From positions 24,107 to 88,106 of IMG/VR virus record IMGVR_UViG_3300027129_000004: a DNA stretch of 64,000 nt, one strand, 5' to 3'. Shown here piece by piece: positions 8,301 through 16,296 of the stretch. Made by a program: the position numbers and the translations under genes. The stretch is from a virus. Lineage: Duplodnaviria > Caudoviricetes. Positions within the stretch are counted from its first letter, which is position 1. Each line of letters opens with the position of its first letter. Under the pieces are notes generated by a model, which worked only from the letters and a program-made list of their open reading frames with translations, ran no database searches and had not been told where the DNA came from.

Positions 8301-9089
8301 ATGGAACTCAAAGAGTATCACTATGTTTATTATTCCTATGAGGAATATGGTAGAGGATATTTTGGTAGTAGAACTTGTAAATGTTTACCAGAAGATGATG
8401 TAAGATATTTTGGTTCTTACAGGGATAAGACATTCAAACCAACTCAAAAGATAATCTTGAAAAGTGATTATGCTACAAGAGAAGAGGCATATGATGATGA
8501 GATTACTTTACAAGAATATTATAAAGTAGTTGAAAATCCACATTTTTCTAATAGGGCATATCAAACATCTACAAAATTTTCTTATATAAGACCAACAGAA
8601 CAAGCAAGAGAAATTGGAAAAAAATCTGGATTAAAAGTAAAAGAACTTGGATTGGGATTTCACGCACTCACAAAAGAACAATTAAGTGAAAATTCTAAAA
8701 AAATGGTAGAAAAACATAGAAAAACTGGAACTGGTTTATTTACTTTAACTAATGAACAAAGAAGTAAAGGTGGATTAAAAAATAAAGAACAAGGTTCGGG
8801 AATTTTTTCTTTAACGGAAGAAGAAAAACAAAAAATAAGAAGTGAAGCAGGAAAAATAGGAGGGAAAAGGGCAGCAGAACTGAAAGTAGGTGCTCACGGA
8901 AGAACAAAAGAACAGATGAGTGAGGATGGTAAAAAAGTATCAAAATCAGTAAGAATACAAGCAGGAAAAACAACAAGTTCTCAAAGATGGATGTGTCTTG
9001 AAACAGGACATATTTCTACACCAGGAGGACTTTCAAAATATCAAAAACATAAAGGAATAGATACTTCTAGAAGAATAAGAGTATCATAA
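8301..9089 (+). CDS. GIY-YIG (Seg-like) homing endonuclease
   Basis: HYVY...GYFGSR, conserved E and N of the GIY-YIG domain; basic C-terminal repeats (G.G...LT.EQ). Confidence 0.75.
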   Translation: MELKEYHYVYYSYEEYGRGYFGSRTCKCLPEDDVRYFGSYRDKTFKPTQKIILKSDYATREEAYDDEITLQEYYKVVENPHFSNRAYQTSTKFSYIRPTEQAREIGKKSGLKVKELGLGFHALTKEQLSENSKKMVEKHRKTGTGLFTLTNEQRSKGGLKNKEQGSGIFSLTEEEKQKIRSEAGKIGGKRAAELKVGAHGRTKEQMSEDGKKVSKSVRIQAGKTTSSQRWMCLETGHISTPGGLSKYQKHKGIDTSRRIRVS

Positions 9090-9148
9090 AGGACACTTGA
9101 CGAACTGGAACAAGGTGCCTTTACGGGGCACCTTTTTTGTTGTATAAT
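9089..9148 (+). promoter_or_regulatory. early promoter element overlapping a terminator-like hairpin
   Basis: AAGGACACT-TGACGA-ACTGGAACA, AAGGTGCC..GGCACCTT-TTTT, TATAAT. Confidence 0.7.
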
Positions 9149-9169
9149 ATGAGAAATCAAAGGAACATT

Positions 9170-9475
9170 ATGGAAGATAGATTTTATCCAGATGAAATGT
9201 TTGAAGTTGCTGAACGAAGGGAGAAGAGTAATCGTGTTCTCCAAAGGTATAATGACTACTACAATATGGAGTGTGAATCATTACCAACTGGAGGACCAAT
9301 TAGTATGATGCATATGCAAGCAATTGCATTACAATCTGCAATTGATGCTCTGCGTTGCGAAAACCTGAATCGTGAGTATAATGAAATCGCAATCTCTGAT
9401 ATTGAGGATTTGATTGAACGATTGTATCAACAGAGTAATGAGTATCTTGAACGAGTGAGGAAACTGAAAAAATGA
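9170..9475 (+). CDS. hypothetical protein
   Basis: ATG with AAGGA RBS within ORF 9137-9475. Confidence 0.7.
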   Translation: MEDRFYPDEMFEVAERREKSNRVLQRYNDYYNMECESLPTGGPISMMHMQAIALQSAIDALRCENLNREYNEIAISDIEDLIERLYQQSNEYLERVRKLKK

Positions 9476-9490
9476 CTTACTCACCAAACC

Positions 9491-9549
9491 TGTGACACTT
9501 GTGAAACTGGCACAAGACCCCACCAATCCCCCTGTGGATGCCCTATAAT
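9491..9549 (+). promoter_or_regulatory. early promoter element
   Basis: TGTGACACT-TGTGAA-ACTGGCACA, 29 nt, TATAAT. Confidence 0.8.
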
Positions 9550-9571
9550 AGTCTCATATTCAAAAAGAGCA

Positions 9572-9835
9572 ATGACTGCTTCCAATCTTTCTAAAATCAA
9601 ACCTAAACTTCGCACTCAAGGCTCTGTATCTGGGAACTTTGGTAGGGCAAAAGTTAAAGCAGGTTCTCCTTTGCGTGATATTGGAATGACCGATGCAAAA
9701 GTAGTTAAAGTTTGCACACAAGAAGATTATCTGAAGAGACTCTATCTTGCATATGAGACAACTGAAGATGCTAAACTGAAAAAGTTTGTATTTTCTGAAA
9801 TTAAAAAGATTCTAATCCAACGAGGGGAATGGTGA
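9572..9835 (+). CDS. conserved cyanophage hypothetical protein
   Basis: SNLSKIKPKLRTQG.VSGNFG motif, recalled from cyanomyovirus early genes. Confidence 0.75.
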   Translation: MTASNLSKIKPKLRTQGSVSGNFGRAKVKAGSPLRDIGMTDAKVVKVCTQEDYLKRLYLAYETTEDAKLKKFVFSEIKKILIQRGEW

Positions 9836-10017
9836 GTAACACTGTTTACGCATATTCAGAAGTTGAACGTGCTTACAAGATTCTTAAAGAACTTGCAGAA
9901 CGTGAGAATAAACTTCATATGATGGATATGACCATCAATCTCCAGCATCTTGATGTTATTCAATACGAGATTCTTCCTGCACTGGAAGAAATCGTTTATT
10001 TTGACCCAACTCCTTAA
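9829..10017 (+). CDS. hypothetical protein
   Basis: 62 aa, GAGGGG RBS. Confidence 0.65.
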   Translation: MVSNTVYAYSEVERAYKILKELAERENKLHMMDMTINLQHLDVIQYEILPALEEIVYFDPTP

Positions 10018-10037
10018 TTGTCTACATAGGTATAACA

Positions 10038-10096
10038 ATGGACAGTTTTTTCACTGTCCATTTGCACTTGATTACGCACCGAAAGGGTGCTATGAT
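10038..10096 (+). promoter_or_regulatory. early promoter element (covariant arms)
   Basis: ATGGACAGT-TTTTTC-ACTGTCCAT perfect inverted repeat, 29 nt, TATGAT. Confidence 0.75.
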
Positions 10097-10240
10097 TACG
10101 AAGTAAATCACTCAAATGATGTTCGACACATTCAATTTTACTGGTGATGCCACTACCTTTATTGGTTTGGTTGGTGTTATTAGCACTGCTGTTATTGTTA
10201 TTACTGTTTTCCGTTCTTACTGGTCTAGTCCTTATCGCAA

Positions 10241-10462
10241 ATGAATTATTCAAAATCCATTCAAGAGTACGAAAAAGAACTCAAAGAAGCAAAGAAAAAG
10301 TTTGATAAACTCTCAAAGCAATATAAAAAGTGTAGAAGTGTTTATCAAGCAGAGATGATGTACGATGACCTAACAATTCTGAATGAAGATATTTCTGAAC
10401 TTCAGATGATTGTGAAGGAACTGCGTCAACAAAAGAAACTTGCCGAAATTGATGTTGTCTAA
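10241..10462 (+). CDS. hypothetical coiled-coil protein
   Basis: 73 aa heptad pattern. Confidence 0.7.
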   Translation: MNYSKSIQEYEKELKEAKKKFDKLSKQYKKCRSVYQAEMMYDDLTILNEDISELQMIVKELRQQKKLAEIDVV

Positions 10463-10464
10463 TT

Positions 10465-10695
10465 ATGTCTGACCTTTATACTGAAATCTTGGTGTTTAAC
10501 AAAATGTCTTTTAATCGTGAGCAACTTGTTGAGGATTATATCCAGCAAACGATTGGAGGAATGGATTATAAGACTATGGAACGTTTTGTTTATGATACTT
10601 TGAAAGATAATCTAGCAGATTATAATGATGAAGAATTGATTACAGAGGTTACAGACTACTACCCAGAATTGTTGGAGGATGTTGATACTCTGTGA
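10465..10695 (+). CDS. hypothetical acidic protein
   Basis: 76 aa; stop TGA lies in the palindrome left arm. Confidence 0.7.
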   Translation: MSDLYTEILVFNKMSFNREQLVEDYIQQTIGGMDYKTMERFVYDTLKDNLADYNDEELITEVTDYYPELLEDVDTL

Positions 10696-10749
10696 CACTT
10701 GTGGCACTGGCACACTAAAAGATCACAGCACCTCAAATCCTGCTATAAT
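10691..10749 (+). promoter_or_regulatory. early promoter element
   Basis: TGTGACACT-TGTGGC-ACTGGCACA, 29 nt, TATAAT. Confidence 0.8.
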
Positions 10750-10956
10750 TACTTCGTAATCAATCAACACCATGTTAGTCCTTGATTCTATTGGTTTCTA
10801 CGATAAGTTTCAAAATTATAATCTAATCCTAGATTTTTCTGGTCGTTGGGTAGAACATTATAATTATATGATATCTCCTTTTAATGAAAAATGGATAAAT
10901 AAAACCTATCAAGATGAGATAAGGCAAAATCGGTTTTACGATGTTTGATTGTGCCT

Positions 10957-11015
10957 TGTGCCACTGATTCTTCTGGCACATAACACTTTACAGACCCCAG
11001 AACCTGTGCTATGAT
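10957..11015 (+). promoter_or_regulatory. early promoter element
   Basis: TGTGCCACT-GATTCT-TCTGGCACA, 29 nt, TATGAT. Confidence 0.8.
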
Positions 11016-11043
11016 GTATTCATCAAGTCAAGGAGGTTTCAAG

Positions 11044-11187
11044 ATGATTGACACTTGTGTTCTTCACGATGATTACGAGGACTTTGCTAAAAAGTTTCTC
11101 GGTGTTGATTATGAGGACTTTATTGGTCTTCAACTTGGTCTTCCCGATGAAGATGAAATTGAAATTGAATACTCTTTAAGTATTTGA
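11044..11187 (+). CDS. hypothetical acidic protein (47 aa)
   Basis: AGGAGG RBS; MIDTCVLHDDYEDFAKKFLGVDYEDF... Confidence 0.65.
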   Translation: MIDTCVLHDDYEDFAKKFLGVDYEDFIGLQLGLPDEDEIEIEYSLSI

Positions 11188-11272
11188 TTTCATTTGGAAC
11201 GGGTTTGCCAATGGGTTGGAAATATCTAACCAATAAAGTTACCCATTTTTCGTTCCCTTGACTTTTCATTAA

Positions 11273-11503
11273 ATGTCTGCTAAACTGATTGCTCTTGCTT
11301 CCGAAATCGTTGATACCAACCCTGCTGCTGCTCAACTGATTGTTAGTCTGACTAAAGCAGAAACTGGTGCTGAACTCATCGAAGCACTTGATAACTATGA
11401 TTCCACCGTGCTTGAGAACTATTCTGAACCTGTGGATTCTGAAGATGAAGATGAAGGTGAAGTGACTCTCACCGATGCAGATGGTATTGTAACTTCTGTT
11501 TGA
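11273..11503 (+). CDS. hypothetical acidic protein
   Basis: 76 aa. Confidence 0.7.
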   Translation: MSAKLIALASEIVDTNPAAAQLIVSLTKAETGAELIEALDNYDSTVLENYSEPVDSEDEDEGEVTLTDADGIVTSV

Positions 11504-11541
11504 TTTTTGATTCTTTAATTTCTTAACCAACTAATTTTATT

Positions 11542-11793
11542 ATGGCACGTCGCAACAAGTCTGCATCTCGTCAAATGGTTGAAAATCTTCAAGAACAACT
11601 TGTTGAGTATTTTCAAGAAAACATCTTTGATGATTGTGATTACGAAGATTTGACTGGTTCTGACCTTCTTGAAGCACTGGTTGGCACTTTCCGTGAACTG
11701 GAAAGTGAAATCCAAAAGAAAATGAACCCGATTCAGTATGTGCTAAATAAAATTGACCCAGAGGATTCTGAATCTCAAGTCCTTAACGGTTAA
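11542..11793 (+). CDS. hypothetical protein
   Basis: 83 aa. Confidence 0.7.
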   Translation: MARRNKSASRQMVENLQEQLVEYFQENIFDDCDYEDLTGSDLLEALVGTFRELESEIQKKMNPIQYVLNKIDPEDSESQVLNG

Positions 11794-11878
11794 TTCTTAC
11801 GGGCATCAAAGGTCCAAACTTTGAATAAGACCCACACCCTCTATGCCTCTTAACAATGCACAAACCAGAGGGTCTCTT

Positions 11879-11951
11879 GGGCATATGGTGAAGTGGATTA
11901 TCACACGGCTCTTCTAAAGCCTTATCCCTGGTTCGAATCCAGGTATGCCTG
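11879..11951 (+). tRNA. tRNA-Arg (TCT)
   Basis: acceptor GGGCATA/TATGCCT, D-stem GTGA/TCAC, loop CTTCTAA, T-arm CCTGG-TTCGAAT-CCAGG. Confidence 0.9.
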
Positions 11952-11956
11952 TTTAA

Positions 11957-12029
11957 TATAAATAATAGTGCCTGAGTTGGGTGCAATCTTCACAGGTAAG
12001 ATAGTGGGGGCAGAAATGTCCCCTCTTCT
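11957..12029 (+). ncRNA. candidate late small RNA antisense to the endonuclease leader (with its promoter and terminator)
   Basis: TATAAATA, GTTGGGTGCAAT complementary to 12042-12053, GGGGGCA-GAAA-TGTCCCC-TCTTCT hairpin. Confidence 0.5.
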
Positions 12030-12031
12030 AA

Positions 12032-12039
12032 TATAAATA
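12032..12039 (+). promoter_or_regulatory. T4-type late promoter
   Basis: TATAAATA 25 nt before the ATG. Confidence 0.75.
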
Positions 12040-12064
12040 CTATTGCACCCAACAAAGAGCAGTT

Positions 12065-12640
12065 ATGAAAGGTACTATTTATTGTATCCACTGTATTTCC
12101 ACTGGAGAGAAATATATTGGACAAACCAGAAGAAGTATACAAGATAGACTAAGATATCACAAATACGCATCTGCAAAAAGTTCCAGAGCAAAATTATACA
12201 TACAAGCAAATAAAACTGGATGGGATGATTTCATAATTGGGATTGTTGAGCAGTGTGAGGTCAATCAATTAAATGGAAAAGAATGTTTTTATATTGAAAC
12301 ATTTAATACTTTAGAAAAAGGACTGAATAGTTCTCCAGGTGGAGGAAAATTCCCAGTTATGAAAGGAAAATTGCACCCTTTGTTTGGAAAAGGACATAAA
12401 AAGGAAACAAAATTAAAAATAAGCAAAAATCATCACAATGTCTTAGGAAAAAACAATCCAAGGTCAAATTATTATGAAGTTGAATTTTTAAATGGAAAAA
12501 AAGAAACTGTTCATTGTTTGACGGAGTGGGGAAGAAACAATGGATACAAAAAACAAAATTTATTTAATTTAGCTTGCAATCTCCAGAAATCACCTCACAA
12601 AGATATTTTAAAAATTACTAAAATTCAAAATGAAAGTTAA
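12065..12640 (+). CDS. GIY-YIG homing endonuclease with NUMOD3-like motif
   Basis: TIY...YIGQT..R...H, E, GLN; HPLFGKGHKKETKLKIS. Confidence 0.85.
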   Translation: MKGTIYCIHCISTGEKYIGQTRRSIQDRLRYHKYASAKSSRAKLYIQANKTGWDDFIIGIVEQCEVNQLNGKECFYIETFNTLEKGLNSSPGGGKFPVMKGKLHPLFGKGHKKETKLKISKNHHNVLGKNNPRSNYYEVEFLNGKKETVHCLTEWGRNNGYKKQNLFNLACNLQKSPHKDILKITKIQNES

Positions 12641-13403
12641 AGTAGCATCAGATTTGCACCTTGAATTTTTAAACTCTTTTGAAGAAATTCCAAACTTAGG
12701 AACTGCTGATATATTAGTGCTGGCAGGAGATATATTTCCAGCAAAGTATTTAAAAACAAATGGAAAATTAAAAGACATTTATCTTCGTTTTGTGGATAAA
12801 TGTTCAAAAGATTTTTCACATATATTATATGTTCTTGGGAATCATTGCTATTATGGATACAATTACGAAGGAAGTAAGAGGAAAATAAAAGAGCATCTTC
12901 CTCATAATTTCCAAATCCTTGACAATGACACAGTTAAGATTGGAGACTGGAACTTTATAGGTTTCACTCTCTGGACTGACTTTAGAAATGAAAATGCTCT
13001 AGAGATGATGGAAGCAGCACAAGTGATGAATGACTACAAAGTTATTCGTATTACTCCAAAGTATCGGAAACTGAATCCAACTGACACTCTTAATTTTCAT
13101 AAGGATAGTAAGAAGTATCTGTTGAATCAACTACAAACACTCAATGACAATGTATTTGTCATCAGTCATCATGCACCGAGTTATCAATCGGTTCCACAGC
13201 AATTCAAGAAACACGCAAATGGTGCCTATTGTAGTAATCTGGATGATTTGATTGTTAATCATCCACAAATTAAATACTGGGCACACGGACACACTCACAC
13301 TGCTTTTAATTATATGATTGAAGGTTGCCGAGTGATTTGTAATCCTGGTGGGTATCCTGGACAAGGAACTGGATTTAATCCAGATTTACTTTTTGACATC
13401 TAG
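12630..13403 (+). CDS. calcineurin-like metallophosphoesterase
   Basis: SDLH, LAGD, GNH, SHH, HGHTH motifs. Confidence 0.9.
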   Translation: MKVKVASDLHLEFLNSFEEIPNLGTADILVLAGDIFPAKYLKTNGKLKDIYLRFVDKCSKDFSHILYVLGNHCYYGYNYEGSKRKIKEHLPHNFQILDNDTVKIGDWNFIGFTLWTDFRNENALEMMEAAQVMNDYKVIRITPKYRKLNPTDTLNFHKDSKKYLLNQLQTLNDNVFVISHHAPSYQSVPQQFKKHANGAYCSNLDDLIVNHPQIKYWAHGHTHTAFNYMIEGCRVICNPGGYPGQGTGFNPDLLFDI

Positions 13404-13451
13404 ATATAAGGAAGGTAGAATCTTCCCACACATTAAACTCGCAAAAGGTCG

Positions 13452-13928
13452 ATGGACTACTTAAAAATTGAACCAAATCAAACTATTCTTGTTCTAAACG
13501 CATCCTATGAACCAATTAACTTTACTAATTGGAAAAGAGCAATCGTGCTGCTTATGAAGAACAAAGCACAAGCACTTGGTAAGAGAGTCATTCGACTGGT
13601 CAATTACATTAAGTTGCCCTACGAGAAACTAATGCAAAATAGACCATCACGAGCAATGATTTATAAACGTGATGGTCATAAGTGTCAGTATTGTGGTTCG
13701 ACTAAAGAACTAACTATTGACCACATCATCCCACGTTCTCGTGGTGGTGAAGATACTTGGGAAAATCTTACTGTTGCTTGTATGCCTTGCAACTCTAAAA
13801 AAAGTGATAAACTTCTTGAAGAAACTAATTTGTCTCTTCGCACTATTCCAAAAAAACCACTGAATAAGATGCTATTTGCTCTCGATAGAGCAAATGACCC
13901 AGAGTGGAATGAATACTCTTATGCCTAA
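13452..13928 (+). CDS. HNH endonuclease (McrA/HNH_5-like)
   Basis: LVLNASYEP, RD...CQYC, TIDHIIPRSRGG..WENL..AC..CN. Confidence 0.9.
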   Translation: MDYLKIEPNQTILVLNASYEPINFTNWKRAIVLLMKNKAQALGKRVIRLVNYIKLPYEKLMQNRPSRAMIYKRDGHKCQYCGSTKELTIDHIIPRSRGGEDTWENLTVACMPCNSKKSDKLLEETNLSLRTIPKKPLNKMLFALDRANDPEWNEYSYA

Positions 13929-14085
13929 ACTCAATAATGAGTTTTATACTGTAGAATATGAGTTTATGGGGAAGAGAAAGTTTGCTTGTTATTTTCAACT
14001 TGAATCCGCACAGGAAGCAATGATGAAAATGATTAAGAAAGGAATGGTTGTTAATGGATTAGAAACCAAGACTCTCAAAAAATAG
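13921..14085 (+). CDS. hypothetical protein
   Basis: MPKLNNEFYTVEY start overlapping the HNH stop. Confidence 0.6.
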   Translation: MPKLNNEFYTVEYEFMGKRKFACYFQLESAQEAMMKMIKKGMVVNGLETKTLKK

Positions 14086-14089
14086 TCAG

Positions 14090-14149
14090 TGTGCCACTTG
14101 TAGCACTGTCCCTAACACCTCTCCAAACCCCCTGGAGGGGTGTTATACT
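14090..14149 (+). promoter_or_regulatory. early promoter element
   Basis: TGTGCCACT-TGTAGC-ACTGTCCCT, 30 nt, TATACT. Confidence 0.75.
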
Positions 14150-14643
14150 ATGGAGACAAGCAAAGGGGAGGGATGACTCCAAATTGGCAGCACAACTCAG
14201 GAAAAAATAAGAATACTAAAGGTTCTTGTAAGGGGAAACTCAAAGCAAGAAAACAAGCATTGCAGCACATCAAACGCAAACTCAAAGTAATCTGATGACT
14301 TATCAAAATCTTCTGGAGATTCTTCAGACTCTCACTCTGGAGCAGTTGAAGATGGATGTGTCAATTTATGACATTAGTTATGATGAGTTTTGTCCAATGC
14401 ACAAATTTCATTTTGCAGATAACACTGTAGATGTGCTTGACCCTGACCACCCTTACCTTTCTTTCTGATTATGAACTCTAAAACTATTACTTACATCTTT
14501 CTTGCTTTTATTGCTGTTCTTGGATGGAACTCATTTGCAATTCAACGTGATGAGAAAATGTTTGATGCTTATGATAAAGCAGTAGTAATTAAAAAATTGT
14601 AATTTGAAGTGAGTATAAATTAAAGAAATTATTTAATTTATAG

Positions 14644-14874
14644 ATGCCACTTCATTACAAACCCAAAGTTGATGATTATGTCAGGTGGAAAAATCTAGAG
14701 GGATGGATTTATTTCAAAGATGATGCGTATGTTTCTATTGAGATTGCAGTAAAAGATAAAGTCTGCAATAAAGGTTCATTTCATAAGAAAGACCATCTTC
14801 TTGTATTGTGTTATTATGAACAATGGAATAATCTTGAGTATGTAAAGACAAGGCAATCGAAATATGAGGGGTAA
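14644..14874 (+). CDS. conserved cyanophage hypothetical protein
   Basis: Y.PKVDDYV.W...EGWIYF motif. Confidence 0.7.
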   Translation: MPLHYKPKVDDYVRWKNLEGWIYFKDDAYVSIEIAVKDKVCNKGSFHKKDHLLVLCYYEQWNNLEYVKTRQSKYEG

Positions 14875-14886
14875 GATTGATACCGA

Positions 14887-14945
14887 TGTGCCACCTGTAG
14901 CACTGGCACAGTAAATGAGCACAGACCCCCCTGATGCCCTACAAT
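14887..14945 (+). promoter_or_regulatory. early promoter element
   Basis: TGTGCCACC-TGTAGC-ACTGGCACA, 29 nt, TACAAT. Confidence 0.8.
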
Positions 14946-14971
14946 ACAGGGACACAAGCAAAGGAGACCAC

Positions 14972-15220
14972 TTGGCAGACCTCGATACTATCTTTAACTA
15001 CACCACCTCTCGTTGGGATTGGCATGAAGGTAATGTCAATCAAATGTGGATTCAAGAGATTGAAGAATCTCCTGATTTTTATCGTTATATTGCGGTTGCT
15101 TACAATCCTCGTAAGAATGTGAGCACAGTAGTATCTGAACCTCGTTGCTATGCTGACACCTTGAAATGGGTTCGTATGTATTGTGGTAATTTCTGTATTC
15201 TTCCTGAGTATTGCTATTGA
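14972..15220 (+). CDS. hypothetical protein
   Basis: TTG start after AAGGAG within ORF 14915-15220. Confidence 0.65.
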   Translation: MADLDTIFNYTTSRWDWHEGNVNQMWIQEIEESPDFYRYIAVAYNPRKNVSTVVSEPRCYADTLKWVRMYCGNFCILPEYCY

Positions 15221-15386
15221 TTATGCTTTACAACATTACAGTTAAGTTTAAGGATGGAACTGTCGAGACGTTTCAACGCAGAAGCAACATCAAACCCATC
15301 AACAGTGTAAAACTCACCGATAAGATTGCTAACGAAATCTTTCCACGAGAGTGGAAAGAAATCTCTTCCAAACCTGTTTATTGATT

Positions 15387-15644
15387 ATGTCTTTCACCAC
15401 TATCACTCTTGAAAAGTTTCACGAACTCCTGGCAGATGCTTATGCTGTCTGCGTGAATGACACTCTATACTTTGTGGGGTATGATACGGACGACAATCCT
15501 TACATTTCCGACAATGATGGGGATGATTATGTTGACCTCTCCACTGTAGATGGTGACATTGAAGTTCACAAAAACTATGTGTTCTTTTATGTGAACGGTG
15601 AAGCAATGCAAATGGTCTTTCTCAACATCAAAAAACTTTCTTGA
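15387..15644 (+). CDS. hypothetical acidic protein
   Basis: MSFTTITLEK...; flanked by an 18-bp direct repeat. Confidence 0.7.
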   Translation: MSFTTITLEKFHELLADAYAVCVNDTLYFVGYDTDDNPYISDNDGDDYVDLSTVDGDIEVHKNYVFFYVNGEAMQMVFLNIKKLS

Positions 15645-15646
15645 TT

Positions 15647-16027
15647 ATGTCTTTCACCTTTCCTCGTCTGTCTGCTGGTATCTACGAAGTTCAGAAGGAT
15701 TCTAACACTGTTGGATTCATTCGTAAAGCATCTGCTGCTAAGTGGATTATTGTTGATGTTGTAGACACTCCTCAACAAGTCACAAAGACTCTCAAAGAAG
15801 CAAAGGATGCTTGTGTCAATCTAATCATCTTTGATGTGGTTGACAAGACCCCTGAACCTGAGTATAATGACTCTGTAGGGGTTGATAAGGTGAATACTGA
15901 ACTTAATAAGGTTCTTGAGGGTTCTTTGCACTGCTATAAGCAGATTCCTGGAACTGATGAGTTTAAGGAAGTTTCTCCTGTTGAGTTTGGGTTTGCTGAA
16001 CCTACTCTTGAACCAATTTTGTTCTGA
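15647..16027 (+). CDS. hypothetical protein
   Basis: MSFTFPRLSAGIYEV... Confidence 0.7.
   Translation: MSFTFPRLSAGIYEVQKDSNTVGFIRKASAAKWIIVDVVDTPQQVTKTLKEAKDACVNLIIFDVVDKTPEPEYNDSVGVDKVNTELNKVLEGSLHCYKQIPGTDEFKEVSPVEFGFAEPTLEPILF
15840..15868 (+). promoter_or_regulatory. sigma70-type promoter inside a CDS
   Basis: TTGACA-17 nt-TATAAT. Confidence 0.6.
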
Positions 16028-16207
16028 TGTTTAAGTTTATTTTACATAAATTGTTTAATCAAAGAAAAATGCACGATTCTACTCTTGACCTGTTTTGTAA
16101 TCACGAGTCTGCTGAGTATGCAGATGAGTATGCAATGGAGATTGAACGTAAAGCAGCAGAACTAGAAGTGACTGTTGATTATTATATGGCCGAGTTTATG
16201 TGACCTC

Positions 16208-16266
16208 TGTGCCACTTGTGGAACCGTCCAGCACTCTTCCCGAACGCACGGGAGGGGTGCTATAAT
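16208..16266 (+). promoter_or_regulatory. early promoter element
   Basis: TGTGCCACT-TGTGGA-ACCGTCCAG, 29 nt, TATAAT. Confidence 0.7.
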
Positions 16267-16296
16267 GTATGAATACAAACGTTACTTGACTTATTG

